A program made the translations under genes and the position numbers. From Asterias rubens (lineage: Eukaryota), in assembly GCF_902459465.1 (NCBI RefSeq), contig NC_047063.1:2542001-2606000 (forward strand): a stretch of 64,000 bases of DNA, written 5' to 3'. Below the pieces are notes generated by a model. The model saw only the letters and a program-made list of their open reading frames with translations. It searched no databases and was not told where the DNA came from. Positions within the stretch are counted from its first letter, which is position 1. Each line of letters begins with the position of its first letter. This document shows, one piece after another, positions 12,606 to 25,800 of this stretch.

Positions 12606-15600
12606 GCCCATGAGCTTCTTTCCTCGAATGATCGTAGGGGGAACAACATTTATTGTTGTAGTTGCTGGGGCGTTTTATATCTACTATAAAACGAGATACA
12701 TATTTGATGATAAGACATCGGATGATGAGGCGGGTGAAAAGAATGTCAGTAAAAATGAAGATCTAACAGGCAAGTGTCAGCGTCACACTGGTATCGATAA
12801 TTTGTCTAGTTTCCGGACAAAAGTTATGGTAATTTTTGTAGTAGTACAGTCACAGTGCTACACTCCTTCATCATCACTAGCACTACACTGTTAGCACTAG
12901 TAGCACTGTGTTTTATGTCAGATGAAACTTCGTGTGAGGGGTGTGTGAAGGGGGCGGGGTTTATTTAGGGTTATTTAACTTAATAGTGAGTTTTTGAATT
13001 GAACACATCATCATCACTTAATTAAGGATAGATTAAGAAAGGGGCGGGGCCCAGGAGTATATCTAAGGTGCTGGTAGACCTAGCTAGACCCAGTAACTAG
13101 GGCGCTGTACTCCTGTCTTCATAATGTTGTCATGATCGGTAGTATGCTAGTACTACCGATAATGACAAAGTTTTGAAAAAGGGAGTACAGCACCCTACTC
13201 CTATTATTAGAACTATATGATTATGAGGATCGTTCCGCTATCGCCTCCACGAACGATAGCAGAACGAACCTATACATTGTAGTTCAAGGAATAACAGCAC
13301 CCCAGTCATGTCTGGGTGCGCGCTGGTCTGGAGGTGTGGAGGGCCGCAGGCAGGCCTCAAGTCGTTGGGATAGGCATTCTACTTCAACAAGTCATTAGGA
13401 GGAGCCTGATACTAGAAGTAGTTTGTACGAACACCACGTTTTTAATATTATCAATTCTTCATACATCACCAATCAGTGACTAAATGTTTCTGCATACTTA
13501 AATAAGTATTACATTTCTTCTTTTTTCACCAGATGAACCGGAACACAGAAAAGAAGATTCACGATCAGATTCTTCAAGCATTGATCCCGAGGCTGCTGAT
13601 TTCACTACCATCAATTTGATCAAGTTACTACAGTGTGATCAGGATGATAGTCAGCTATGCAAAGTTTTGACAACTCTCGCAAACAAAGCGGCATTCACAC
13701 AGGGACAGGTAAAACAAGGGAGGTAGTGGACCAATTTGATGTGATTGTTTTTGTGTGGGTATGGGTAGCTGCGTAAGCGTAACCCTCCTCCCTCCCTCGC
13801 CATCGGGAGGAGGGTTACGTTATCGCAACTAGGGTATGGGCACTCCCTAACACAAGCTGCTGTGCTTACTTGGCTGTGCCCCCGATTCCTAAAATTCTTG
13901 TACCACTTTGTTTACATTGAATTTATATTGATTGAAGATTTTGGAAATAAATGTTGTTGAATTGGGTCAACAGCCATTTGTTATTATTGTTTAAAAGGAC
14001 AGGTAGAATTTAGCAATAAAATGAAGAGATGATGCGACACAAAAACACCAATTGCAAAAGATTAAATTGAATTGATGTTTGATTGATGAACAAATAAAAT
14101 TACATTTGGTGTACTGTCTTTCTCTCTACAGAATGCTGTGCGCCTTGCTGGGGGTCTACCAGTTATCGTAAAACAACTCGAGAGAGATGGGGAAAGTGTG
14201 AAAACAAGCGCTGCCAGCTGTGTTGCAAATCTGTCTCTAAATAATCGTAATCAGCCCATACTACTCAAGGTAAAAATAATAATAATAATAGCCTACTACA
14301 TGTTGGTTCGTATATAGCCCTTTGCAACATCCCTAGGGGCGTATCAAAGCATAACGCTCCGTATTTTGTTTTCGAAGACAGTATGTGGAGCTACATTTTG
14401 AAGTTCATAGCAAGAGAATGGCTTGAATGAATAGAGGACAGGATTACTTCCTCTTTCAAAAATACGTTTTTTTTCGTTGTGTTCCTACAGTCTTGCAGTC
14501 AAACTCTTCTCCAGTTAAGCTCCGACCAGAATCACAGCGATGATCTTCGCTTAGCCTGTATACAAGCACTGGTCAACTTGTCGGTTAGTGGTCAATGCGG
14601 GGATTGCTTTGGGCCGCTAGCTTTGCATAGTCTCTTCAAGCTTCTTGGAGACGGTTCGACACCTTTAGGACAGCAAGCACTACGTGTGTTAGTCAATCTG
14701 TCCGCTGACGGCACGGTGTCACCAGCCCTGCTCCAATATGAGGTGAGAAAACGTTAGCGGTGTGTGTAAAAGCATTTTCGCACTACTCCACACCTCGGAG
14801 GGAAACCCGGGGAAAAACAGCCAGCCCTATCGGCTGGATTGCATCATTGTGTTCAATTACTGGAGCAATCGTTACACGAGTGAATACTCGCAATGCATTT
14901 TCAACGTTCCAATGCAACATTCCGGCAGTCCAATGGAACGGTCCATGAGCACACACATACTTATCCGATCCAATTACAATGTTCAACTGCTCTTGACTTT
15001 TGAGACGCTCCCTAAAGGAAGCAAAGTTCCACATGGGGCATGCCATTTTTATTCAAGAAAGTAAACCAAAGCATTTTTCGAGCGACCCCTACAAGTTCAA
15101 GATACAAGTACCACAAGAAAAGTGTTACAATGCTGATTATTCATGTGTCAGGCTTGTATGCCTCATTTTTGAAAGGGCACCAAGGCATTTTCTCCTTGGT
15201 AAAGGGCACTCTTTGAGGAAATTGTAAATTTCTACCAGATCATTTGAAGGGCACCAAGGCAGGGGGCATGGAGGCAATTGCCTTCAATGTTCTCCGTGAA
15301 GTGTCAGGCCTGACGTGTAACAACTATTTAATAGTATTTTCTTTTTGGTTTAGACACTAATACATGTAGTACTGTATTTCTTGAGCGGAAAAGTTTCAAA
15401 GATTTTTGTTATTTTCTCTCACTGTAAAGGTTACAGAGAGTTTCCTGGGTCTCCTTCAGCCGCATCACACTGACGAATCCCTTCTCAGGACGCTATCATT
15501 TCTTCTGAACCTTAAACGAGAAAGCCTTACCGCCACCGGGACCACCATCGGTGGCGCCGTCCCGAGGGACAGTTTCTCAAACTACTTTTCCCAAAGGGCA

Positions 15601-15699
15601 GATGAGTTGACTGTTGTTATCAAAGTCTTGATGGACCATGGCAACACAGACGTGAGGCAACAGGCGGGGAGGCTGCTGGTGTTATTGTCTGCGCCATAA
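12598..15699 (+). CDS. ARMC10: Armadillo repeat-containing protein 10-like (N-terminal transmembrane anchor plus ARM repeats), 5 exons
   Basis: Exons 12598-12769 (GC donor), 13533-13708, 14132-14269, 14491-14742, 15430-15699. N-terminal hydrophobic stretch IVGGTTFIVVVAGAFYIYY. LANKAAFTQGQNAVRLAGGLPVI, ALVNLSV, ALRVLVNLS and ESLLRTLSFLLNL match the ARMC10/Armcx pattern. Confidence 0.88.
15149..15312. mobile_element. hAT-like MITE with CAGGCCTG-type ends; fragments also near 10290-10420, 11040-11168, 16490-16600, 22090-22210, 41497-41625, 56870-57035
   Basis: Recurrent AAGGGCACCAAGGCA / TTTCAAGGGCA internal motifs and CAGGC(C/T)TG ends; superfamily call tentative. Confidence 0.45.
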
Positions 15700-16951
15700 A
15701 ATATCAAGATTGTTATCTCGTATCCAGCATTGTGTGACCAAATTTGCTTAGCGTGAAATTTCTTCCTTGATAAAAACAGGATTACCAACTGCTCATTGGC
15801 ATATTTTACAACTTCTACTCATTTTTACTCTAACATTCTAAAAACAAAATACTTAGCTCTTATTCTTTCAAACTTTCTCAAGATACATATATGCAACTCC
15901 AAATCATGTTTAAATCTCAACAGATTTATTTAAACTGTAACACTTGCATTATTATGTACAGTAATTGCATATGTACAAAACCACTGCATAAATTTGTCTG
16001 CATGTATGTACACCTTTCCATGTTCCAAAAACGAAGCTAACTTAATTTAAACAAACCTGTACAGTTATAATTTAACTTTATAAATTAACCTTGTGGATCT
16101 ATTATACAGGTAGAACATGTATATATATACAGGTAGCAAATTTATAATAGAAATGTTTTCCAATTAAAGTATTCCTTAATCCAAAGACCCAAACAAAAAG
16201 AGTTCTGTTTACAGTTTCTTGTGTTGCTTGACCGGCAAAACTACTTTTTCCAAGCTGTTCATTGGTTTTGTAAATGAGATATTGTACATTTACTTTCTCA
16301 CATTTGCAGTAAACATGAGAAAATTTTATTTCTTTCTGAAAGCGAAAACAGCTATTTTATCTGGGGTAACCAATTTACAAGGTGCCGTGGCACAATCCAG
16401 GGGTTGATTTCACAAAGAGTTAGGACTAGTCCTAACTTAGGACTAGTCTTAGGAGATACTAATAATGTATGGCTAGTCCTGTTGCCCTGGTTTTGGCCTT
16501 GGTGTCCTCAACCGACTTCAGATTTTCCAATGGAAGTGCCCTTTGCAAAATAAAAATGGCGTTGCCCTTTCAACATGTTCAAAAATAAAGTTCCAGGCTT
16601 GCAATCAACCATACCAGAAAGCACCACGGTGAACCTCGTCTAATAAAGATAAGTGTCATTTTTATGTGCACTTCACAACAGACAGGACTTACAACTATAC
16701 ATCCCCTAAGGATGAAGCAATGGTTAAGGTTCTTCCTACAGGACACAAGTGTCCTAACCTGGACTGGAACCCCCACTCTGCTGACCAGAAACACCACAGT
16801 CTCAAGTCCAGTGCGCTTGACCGATCAGCCGAAACAGGAATGTCTTTACTCAAGTAGACACAAACAATTCTAGGATACCAAACTGTAGCGCAGTGTATAC
16901 TACCATCTCTTATTATACTGGCTGTACACTCACTGTGTGCACATCTTATAG

Positions 16952-18438
16952 TTTTTAGGTGTTCGGCTTTTAGCCGAAAACCTATTGTTATTGTTAAGTT
17001 TTTTTTTTTTTTTTTTTTTTTTCTCCGTCTTCTTCTTCTGCCTGAACGTTCTCCGCCAATTTTGAGAAAAACTGAAACTTGTATGAACTTGAAACTTCTC
17101 ATGAACATCAACCTCGGTGAGTAGACGGCACCGCAACTTTTTTGGAATGGTGACGTCATTACGTTAAATAAACGTTAAATAAACCTTAAATAATTAGAAA
17201 AATCATATCTTCAAAACCAAAAGAGCTACGTTCAAGATTCTTTTTTTACATAAAACCTCTTATAAAGATCTACAAATGCGGTGCACAACGTGACCCCATT
17301 TGACCTTTACTTCCGGTCGAAACCGGAAGTTAAAGTAACAAATCATGTTATTTTGGGCTCTAGAGCCTAAGTGAATAAAAATATGAAAAAATGTCCAATG
17401 CATAAAAATTTTTTAAACTCAAGAGCATTCTAAAAATATAATGTGTGACGTCATAGCTACGTCACAACGAAAATGGTACACGAGGTCGAAAAAAAAATTA
17501 TTTTGCTATCTCAAAAAATACAGCATGTACGGACTTGAAACTTACCACGTACTTAGACCAAAGCGTGTATATGACAAAGAACAAAATTTGGAATGATGAC
17601 GTCATCGATGACGTCATTATATTAAATTGAAGTTTTTTATTAAAATACTCATATCTCCAGAATCAGATATGCTACATACGTGATCTTTACACCATATGAA
17701 AGGTCATGAAGTATTAAACAAATCTTACACAGGGTGTGACCCCATTTGACCTTTACTTCCGGTCGAAACCGGAAGTAGTAGTTTGTTTTATAAAAATCGT
17801 ATCTGAATAATATTTTTTTGTGTATTAATATAATAACTTAATTTTAAGGCCCTTCGACGATTCTACAAATGTTTACAATGTGTGACCTCATTTGACCTTC
17901 ATTTCCGGTCGAACCCGGAAGTATAAGTTTGTACATACAAAATTGTGTATCTTATTAATGAAACGTGGTACATTAATAATCATTACATCAATTTTGAGCT
18001 CTCTGGCAATTCTATATGTTTTGCACAAAGTGTGACCCCATTTGACCTTTAAATCCTGTCAAACCGGAAGCTGAAGTTTAATATGACAAACCTTCATTTC
18101 TCCGTCTTCTTCTGCCTGAACGTTCTCCGCCAATTTTGAGAAAAACTGAAACTTGTATGAACTTGAAACTTCTCATGAACATCAACCTCGGTGAGTAGAC
18201 GGCACCGCAACTTTTTTGGAATGGTGACGTCATTACGTTAAATAAACGTTAAATAAACCTTAAATAATTTGAAAAATCATATCTTCAAAACCAAAAGAGC
18301 TACGTTCAAGATTCTTTTTGTACATGAAACCTCTTATAAAGATCTACAAATGCGGTGCACAACGTGACCCCATTTGACCTTTACTTCAGAAATCCGAACA
18401 CCTCGAATTTGTTATCAAACAAATTCTTATGTCTAGTT
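16952..18438 (+). mobile_element. Helentron-associated non-autonomous element (HINE/DINE-1-like) with internal tandem repeats
   Basis: T-run start; 5' subTIR AGGTGTTCGG (16957-16966) within a hairpin; matching 3' subTIR CCGAACACCT (18394-18403); 3' stem-loop GAATTTGT..ACAAATTC (18405-18426); CTAGTT end; poly-T tract; about 290 bp direct repeat (17021-17312 / 18098-18386). Confidence 0.75.
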
Positions 18439-19092
18439 GTTCTGGTGGCTGTTCCTTTTTGCAACTTGCGCCTGGGTCATTATGTTAAAATGCACTTTGG
18501 GAAGGGTACTTAATGCACTTGAGACCAACCCAAGAACTGACTCAGCGGTAGTACAGTTAATTAGGATCCTATAAGCTAAAGTAGTAGTCCCAGCCTAATT
18601 CTATACTATCCGCCAAGGTAAGAGTTAATAAGCAGGACAGTTTTTTCCAGAACCGAGAAGTCTCCCGAACAATCTACTCCGCGGTAGTAGAATTAAGCAA
18701 GACAGTTTTCTAAGAACAAACTCTACCTGGCAAGTAGATACACACATGGTGTTACCGCAAACCAAATATATATTGATACCTCACCGTGCAATGCCTCAAA
18801 TCCTATATAATGCACTTTAGTTATCACACAAGATCACAAGGGCAAATACCGAAAACGGAAAAAAAAAACATAAAGTGCTTCAGCATCGCATATCCTACAA
18901 GGCCGAGTTGGATATGGGATGCAGAAGCGCCATTTTTTTTTTCCAGTATTCCAAAATGCGAATGGGATACCGAATTTATCACCAAGCAGACTCGACATGT
19001 ACACCTCTTAAAATAACGCAATATACAGTAGTAGAGTTAGAACACAGCGGGCTGGAAAACGATTTGATATTGGATGGGACATGCAATAGTAT

Positions 19093-19279
19093 ACACATAT
19101 TGACTGGCAACGAGGTAACTAGTATACGTCTATTCCCACGAGGGACTTTGAGTGACCAGAAGAGCGACCTATTTCCCGAGGCCGAAGACCGAGGGAAATA
19201 GGCCCCTCTTCTGGTCACTCACAGGCCCGAGGGGGAATATACATACACTAGTTACCGAATTATGCCAGTCGATATGTGT
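19093..19279. mobile_element. Palindromic repeat with GAGGCCGAAGACCGAGG centre (possibly Crypton-derived); relatives near 18815-18990, 26025-26185, 27890-28185
   Basis: Long imperfect palindrome ACACATATTGACTGGCA..TGCCAGTCGATATGTGT around a GGCC-rich centre; no TSD seen. Confidence 0.45.
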
Positions 19280-19843
19280 TTTATAACACAGCTCGGTCTT
19301 AAAATGTCAAGCAAGAACAGAAAAAGGAAATCTGTAGTTGTTGTTCACGGTTCAAGTCAAGAGAGGGCGCTGTTACCGCGGGCACTATATTCAAAGACTA
19401 TTGCCCGCTCTGGTACTATTCCCGCAAAACGCGCGCGCGATCACTAGCCTATATTAGTTCATCCCGGCTGACCGTGTTTCAGCCAACCAGAATACAAAAC
19501 AAGCAAGAGGTGTGTTAAAAAGGTTAATACAACACTCTTATTGCTATGGATTGACCAAATCAAAAAATCAAAAGTTTGCTTTAAGATAAACATGTAGGCC
19601 TATCTAGAATGCAGATGACTGTTGATGTATGGGTCGTGTCCACCATTGCTGCAGTACTAATGCATCAAACACAAGTGCATCTACGAACAGTTCTTACTGC
19701 TTCTAACTTGACCAGCTTGGGGAGTCAGCTCAGGCTCACCTAACATGAAGCTGTGCATGTCAACTTGTGAGGACAGACTTTTGACCTCCTCAGCAGATAA
19801 TGATTAACTGCTCCAATCACCAAGATTTATAACGTCAACATGT

Positions 19844-22800
19844 TCATTCAGATGGGATTACCTCCGCATGATCATCAACGATTTTTCTTGTGTCAGTGCC
19901 ATCAGTCAACTCCCCCTGGGGTGTCGGCCCACTCCCCGACTCCCCAACAACTCCGCCCTCAGATGGTACATCTCCATCTTTCACTCCCAGTGTGCTTTCA
20001 TTCTCCTTTCCTTCAGCAGAAAAGGACACCTTAATGCTATCTTTGTACTCCTGTGGCTCCCCCTCGGCAATCTTCTCTTTGTCCGATGGGACTTCCTCAC
20101 CCCCTGCGGGTTTGACGTTGTCCTCGTCTGCATTGTTCTTCTCGTTCATGTCACCTTCTCCTTTTCCCTTCGCCTTCTCTTTTTCCTTCTCTTTGTCCTT
20201 TTTCTTCTTGTCTGCCTCTGCTTTCTGCATAGCTGCGAGGTAGTCAAAGCCTGGGCCGAAACTGGACGGCACCGGGTCGTCATTCCACCGTACTGTTTCC
20301 ACTTTTGCAGCAAGCTTCATATAGGACGCTCTTTCAAAGGAAATAGGGACAAGAAAATGTCATTGGATAAATAAATAAAAGTGTTTATTTCTGAGTATTA
20401 AAAACTACTCTTGAGCTTCATGTAGAATGCTCTTTCAAAGGAAATTGGGACAAGAACATTTGGTTGGTCAAATCAATACATACGTTTATTTCTGAATAAT
20501 ATAAAAAAGTACATGTGATGTTTAAATTTATGGCACAAAAATAATTTCAGGTAAACTTATTTCTCAAGATAACTGAAACTATTTTAATAAACTTTTTTTT
20601 GATAACCCCTAGAGTTGTAGATCCAATGAGCTTTTGGGAACGGTATCCTCAGTGGTAGAGAAGCAGATCAAAGAGCATGACTTATTTTATTTGAAGACAA
20701 AAACAACATTAGTAAAACAAATCTGAAATATCTCAACCATGTCCAATTGAGTCTGTATTTAGTTATATTAATAATAATTTATTGAATTAATATTGCGCTC
20801 TGTCCAGGACCAGCTTGTTTGAGGGCGCATAACAATTTAAAAATACCATTAGAAAATTACACACAAACAGTTCGAGAATAAGTACACCAATATTAGAAGA
20901 AAAAAAGTATTTTTTAAAGAAAACTTCCACTCACTTGCTGATGTTCTTGCAATACAGCATAAACAGCAAGCGTAGACGTCTACAACCTTTGCGTAGAAAC
21001 CTGATGGACTTATCACTGACATGGACACAGCCAGAGAGGTCTAGACTGATGAGATAGTGACAGACCCCTGACAGGTACTGTATGCTTAGGTCTGTAAGCT
21101 GTGGGAGTGAGGGAACAAACAGTCACTGAATGAGCATCGCTAAATTTGCGAGTTAAAGGCAGTGGACACTATTGGTAACTACTCAAAATAATTATTATCA
21201 TAAAACCTTTCTGGATAACGAGTAATGGGGAGAGGTTGATAGTATAAAACATTGTGAGAAACGGCTCCCTCTGAAGTGACGTAGTTTTCGAGAAAGAAGT
21301 AATTTTCCTCGAATTTGATTTCGAGACCTCAGATTTAGAACTTGAGGTCTGGAAATCAAGCATGTAAAAGCCAAAACTTTGTGCGACAAGGGTGTTTTTA
21401 CTTTCATTATCACTCGCAACTTCGACAACCAATTGAGCTCAAATTTTCACAGGTTTGTTATTTTATGTATATGTTGAGATACACCAAGTGAGAAGACTAG
21501 TCTTTGACAGTAACCAATAGTGTCCAGTGTCTTTAAATTTGAATAATAGGGACTTTTCGTTTTCGACGACGGATGGTTCTGCGACGGTAAAGATGACATT
21601 TGGCGTCATCTGCGCATGCTTCGGCTTTGAGGACGGTCGTCCCTCAATTTCTACGACAGTACTTGGGATGCATCTTCGTTGTGCTGAAAACGACAACGTT
21701 TAGCTGAACAACCGTCGCAGAACCATCCGTCGCCGAAAACGAAAAGTCCCTAATGTCTGGTACAATGACTTGCTTAGTTACAATGCGCCCTTTACATTTG
21801 AATTCCTCAGACTATCGAGACAGTTGGTACGCCACGTGATTCGGTGCAAGCTTTTGTATAGCAACCTCCAGGATGAGCAAACCCTGGTAACATTGTGCAA
21901 TACACATCCATTCAGAATTGTGTGTGGGTGTTCACCGTCTCTTATGTAACTACGCAAAAGCTTGCCCCTAATCACATGGCGAAGCAGCTGTCACCGAGTG
22001 AGCGCCGTTAGAAAGTACCATTTGGCAAGGGATCCTTTTATATTGTAGGTAAACCATCAGGTTTAGAGACAGTCGCAACAGATAATAAATGGCCCGACAG
22101 GCTTTGAACTTAGCTCTTGAAGGGGCACAGCGATTTTTCTCTGGTAAGGGGCACTTGTATATGTGTAGAATGTAAACTTGTAATGGAACTTTGCAAAGGG
22201 CACCAGAGCAACAGCAAATACAAATGTATACGTGTATAATAATAATATCAATTATTTANNNNNNNNNNNNNNNNNNNNNNNNNNNNNNNNNNNNNNNNNN
22301 NNNNNNNNNNNNNNNNNNNNNNNNNNNNNNNNNNNNNNNNNNNNNNNNNNNNNNNNNNNNNNNNNNNNNNNNNNNNNNNNNNNNNNNNNNNNNNNNGAGA
22401 AACCACATGTATTTAACCCAAGGTAGCAAACTTACATTCTTACAGCCAGCAATGTTTAGCACAGTCAGTCGCCTACAGCAGAAGGCCAGATTTTTGATGG
22501 CTCCGTCAGTCAGTTGGGTACAATGAGAGAGGTCCAGCCTCTCAAGATCCTTGCACTGTTGGGCAAACTTCTGCACCCCGAGATCAGTGATCTGGTAGCA
22601 CTCGGACAGGGTCACATCGCGTAGACGAGGGTTGTTCCCTAGCGCTCCGAGACCCTTTAATTTAATCAAAATAAACATGTGAATATTAATAATAGTGGCC
22701 CAGAACACGTATCGTAAAACAAGCACCCTTGTTTACAGGTTTCGTCAGACTTGCCAGCTACAGTGATTAAAATCACCTATGAGGCATCCTTAAAGACACT

Positions 22801-25800
22801 GGACACTATTGGTAATTGTCAAAGACCAATCATCTCACTTGGTGTATCTCAACATATGCATAAATTAACAAACCTGTGAAAATTTGAGCTCAATTGGTCA
22901 TCGGAGTTGCGAGATAATAATGAAAGAAAAAACACCCTTGTCACACAAACTTGTGTGCTTTCAGATTCTTGATTTTGAGACCAAAAATTCTAAACTCGAG
23001 GTCTCGAAATCAAATTCACGGAAAATTACTTCTTATTCGAAAACTATGTCACTTCAGAGGGAGCCATTTCTCACAATGTTTTATACCATCAACCTCTCCC
23101 CATTACTCGTTACCAAGTAGGGTTTTATGCGAATAATTATTTTGAGTAATTACCAATAGTGTACACTGTCTTTAATTTCATTACCAGAATAAAAATGCTG
23201 TTGATACTTTCAAGATTATTTTGAAAACTATCTTGTCTAAGTTGGCTTATCTGTCATGTCTGTAATTGTTTTTTGTCCGAGTTTCCTTTTTCTTTACTGT
23301 GTGAGGATTCACTCTCGTGCGCCTTGGGCAACTTAAGTGGGTGGATTTTGGCGCCTTACAAATACTCTAATATTATTATTACTATTTACGATTTAAACTC
23401 ACCGTATCAGTAATGCTACAGCCGGATATATCTAGAGATGAGAGAGCAGGAAGATTGCCAAGCATCTCTGCACCACCATCGGTGATGTGCTCACTGAAGC
23501 AAAATGTCCCATACACCAGACTGTAACATCTGTCATGGACGGAGGAATAGACATTCATTTATTATTTGATAATAAAAATAATACTACTACTACTAATAAT
23601 AATAATCATAATGACCAATAGTGACTTTACTGCTGCACAGTCGTAGGCCTACGTCCCTGTCTTATGTCCTAGTCCCCTGTTTTGTGTGTCTTGTTATTAT
23701 ATTATTAGTGTGTAATATACAAACTCAAATTCTGTATACAATAAATATCTCTAAGCTTACGTCATGGGGGTCTCTACTCGACAAGCTATGCTTTTTGGAG
23801 ACCTCCACTTAATCACCTATTCTATATTTAACCATGAATGTTGTTTAATTGAGTTGAAATAAAGTATTTTGAATTGAACAATAAATTATTCTTATAAAAC
23901 ACCTTATGACTGGACCCTAAGGTGCTGCACAAATTAAGATAGAACCAAACAAGAGAAAATAAAAGTAACCAGCTAAAAAAAAAAAACTACACACCACGGA
24001 AGTTAAAAAAGTTATAAAAAGTGCCCCACAAAAAAAAAACCTTAACCAGTTTAAATTACAATTACGTAATGTTTTTCAGAAATTACACTAAAAAAATATC
24101 AGGAAAAGTGACAATGTACTTGTCAATAAAAACAACACACACGGAAAGTCAAAAAGATATAAAAAAGTACCCCACAAATGACTAGAAACCTTTGTTTTAG
24201 TTACCATTACATAAAAAGTAAATGTCAATTTATGAATTGGTTTTATTTAAAGTTATGTGTCCTCAGAACCAACAACAAATATCATAGAGCTTCCTTCAAG
24301 CACAAAAAGCAGCTTCGCATGGCAAAATTGAGCTGAACAGCATACGGTTACCAGTCAAAATACCAAATCCCATGTACCACTTGTGCCAGGGCCCAATTTA
24401 ATAGAGCTGCTTTAGCACAACATTTTGCTTAAGCGAAAAAAATCCTTATTATGCTAAGTAAACAACAGCTAAATACCAGTCACAAGCAATGTATATGGCA
24501 TGAAATTTTGGCCAGTAATAATGTGTAAAATAAGCGAGCTATTTTCGTGCTTCAGCAAATATTTTGCTTAAGCAGAAATTGGCCCCTGGTATCATGCAAG
24601 TCATTTCTGCTAAGCACAAACTTGTCAGCAACAGTTTCTGCTTTAGCAGCGCTATGAACTTAAGCCCTGAACTGCTGCTAACAATTACATAGCATGCAGT
24701 TATATTTTCAACGTGGACACAGTACATAAAAGTCCAGTTATGAAAGACACAATCAAGAGCACAATCATATAGTCTTCCCACGTCAATGACATCAAATTAC
24801 TGCCTCGCTGATTGTAGACAGGAAGTTAATTCATTCTCTCACAAGAAACTCTTTGAGAAGTTTAACACAAACTTTTCAGGAGTAATTGAAAATGGAATGA
24901 AGAGAATTTACACAAAAAAAGAGGAATTTTCCCTGCACAGGAACACAACAAACTTGTTTTACCGCAACCCAAATTAATAAACACACAGGGAAGTGGTTTC
25001 CCCAGATGGTGCGAGCAAGATATATCATGCAATTGACATCAGGTGAGTTTGGTCAATAACAGAAAACCACATCAAGGTATATATAAAAAAATTGATCATC
25101 TGTTAGGTTAGTTTATTTTATTTTTTAACATTTATTGCACAAACATCGTAATACAGTACATTGTGGACCAAAAGGGAAACCCTGAACAGGTCCCCGCAGG
25201 CCCACTAGACGTGCTCCCTTAATCACACATAATAATAAAACAAACAGAGATAACAGAAATTATGGAACTATATCTATAGCCAAACAAAAGGTGACAAAAA
25301 TCACTTTAAAAATATACAAAATATGTAAACATTATAGACAATTAAAGATACAATATTAGCTACGATAAAATTTGCAAAAGCATAATGGTAAATGATAATA
25401 ATTGAGGAAATAATTTCCAAACTGAAGTCAGAATAATAATATTGAATTAAAATGACTCACTTCTGCATGATCTTGATGATGGAGACATCACTGACTCGGA
25501 CACAGTTTGTCAGATTCATTTCTCTGATCTTTGGACCCGACGGGCCCTCCACTAGGCTGCGCACTCCATTGTCACTGATCCTGAAACATATTAATGATTC
25601 AGTAGATACTTTACAAATGTTAATCATAAATACCTCAGACAGTTTCGATATTCCTATTGGTGGAGAGCGCGTCACGTGGGTGTGTATAAACCTTTGTTTA
25701 TGACCGGTAAAAAGTGTTAATTCATGGGCGTGACACGCGACCTTGCACCTGTTCCTATAAGAAAGTTTCTTCATTCCTATTGGTCGAGAGCAATGGCTGA

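Noticed and set aside
14760-15227. Cluster of short ORFs in ARMC10 intron 4
   Set aside because: Overlap repeat fragments; ARMC10 exons 4 and 5 splice in frame without them.
19840-20374. Plus-strand ORFs 19840-20034, 19868-20374, 19890-20243
   Set aside because: Antisense shadows of the low-complexity FBXL13 terminal exon.
22259-22396. Possible FBXL13 exon hidden in the N gap; ORFs 22191-22526 and 22232-22426
   Set aside because: Exons 17 and 18 join in phase 0 to give a continuous LRR (GCKN-LTDLSIQYL); the ORFs are gap artefacts.
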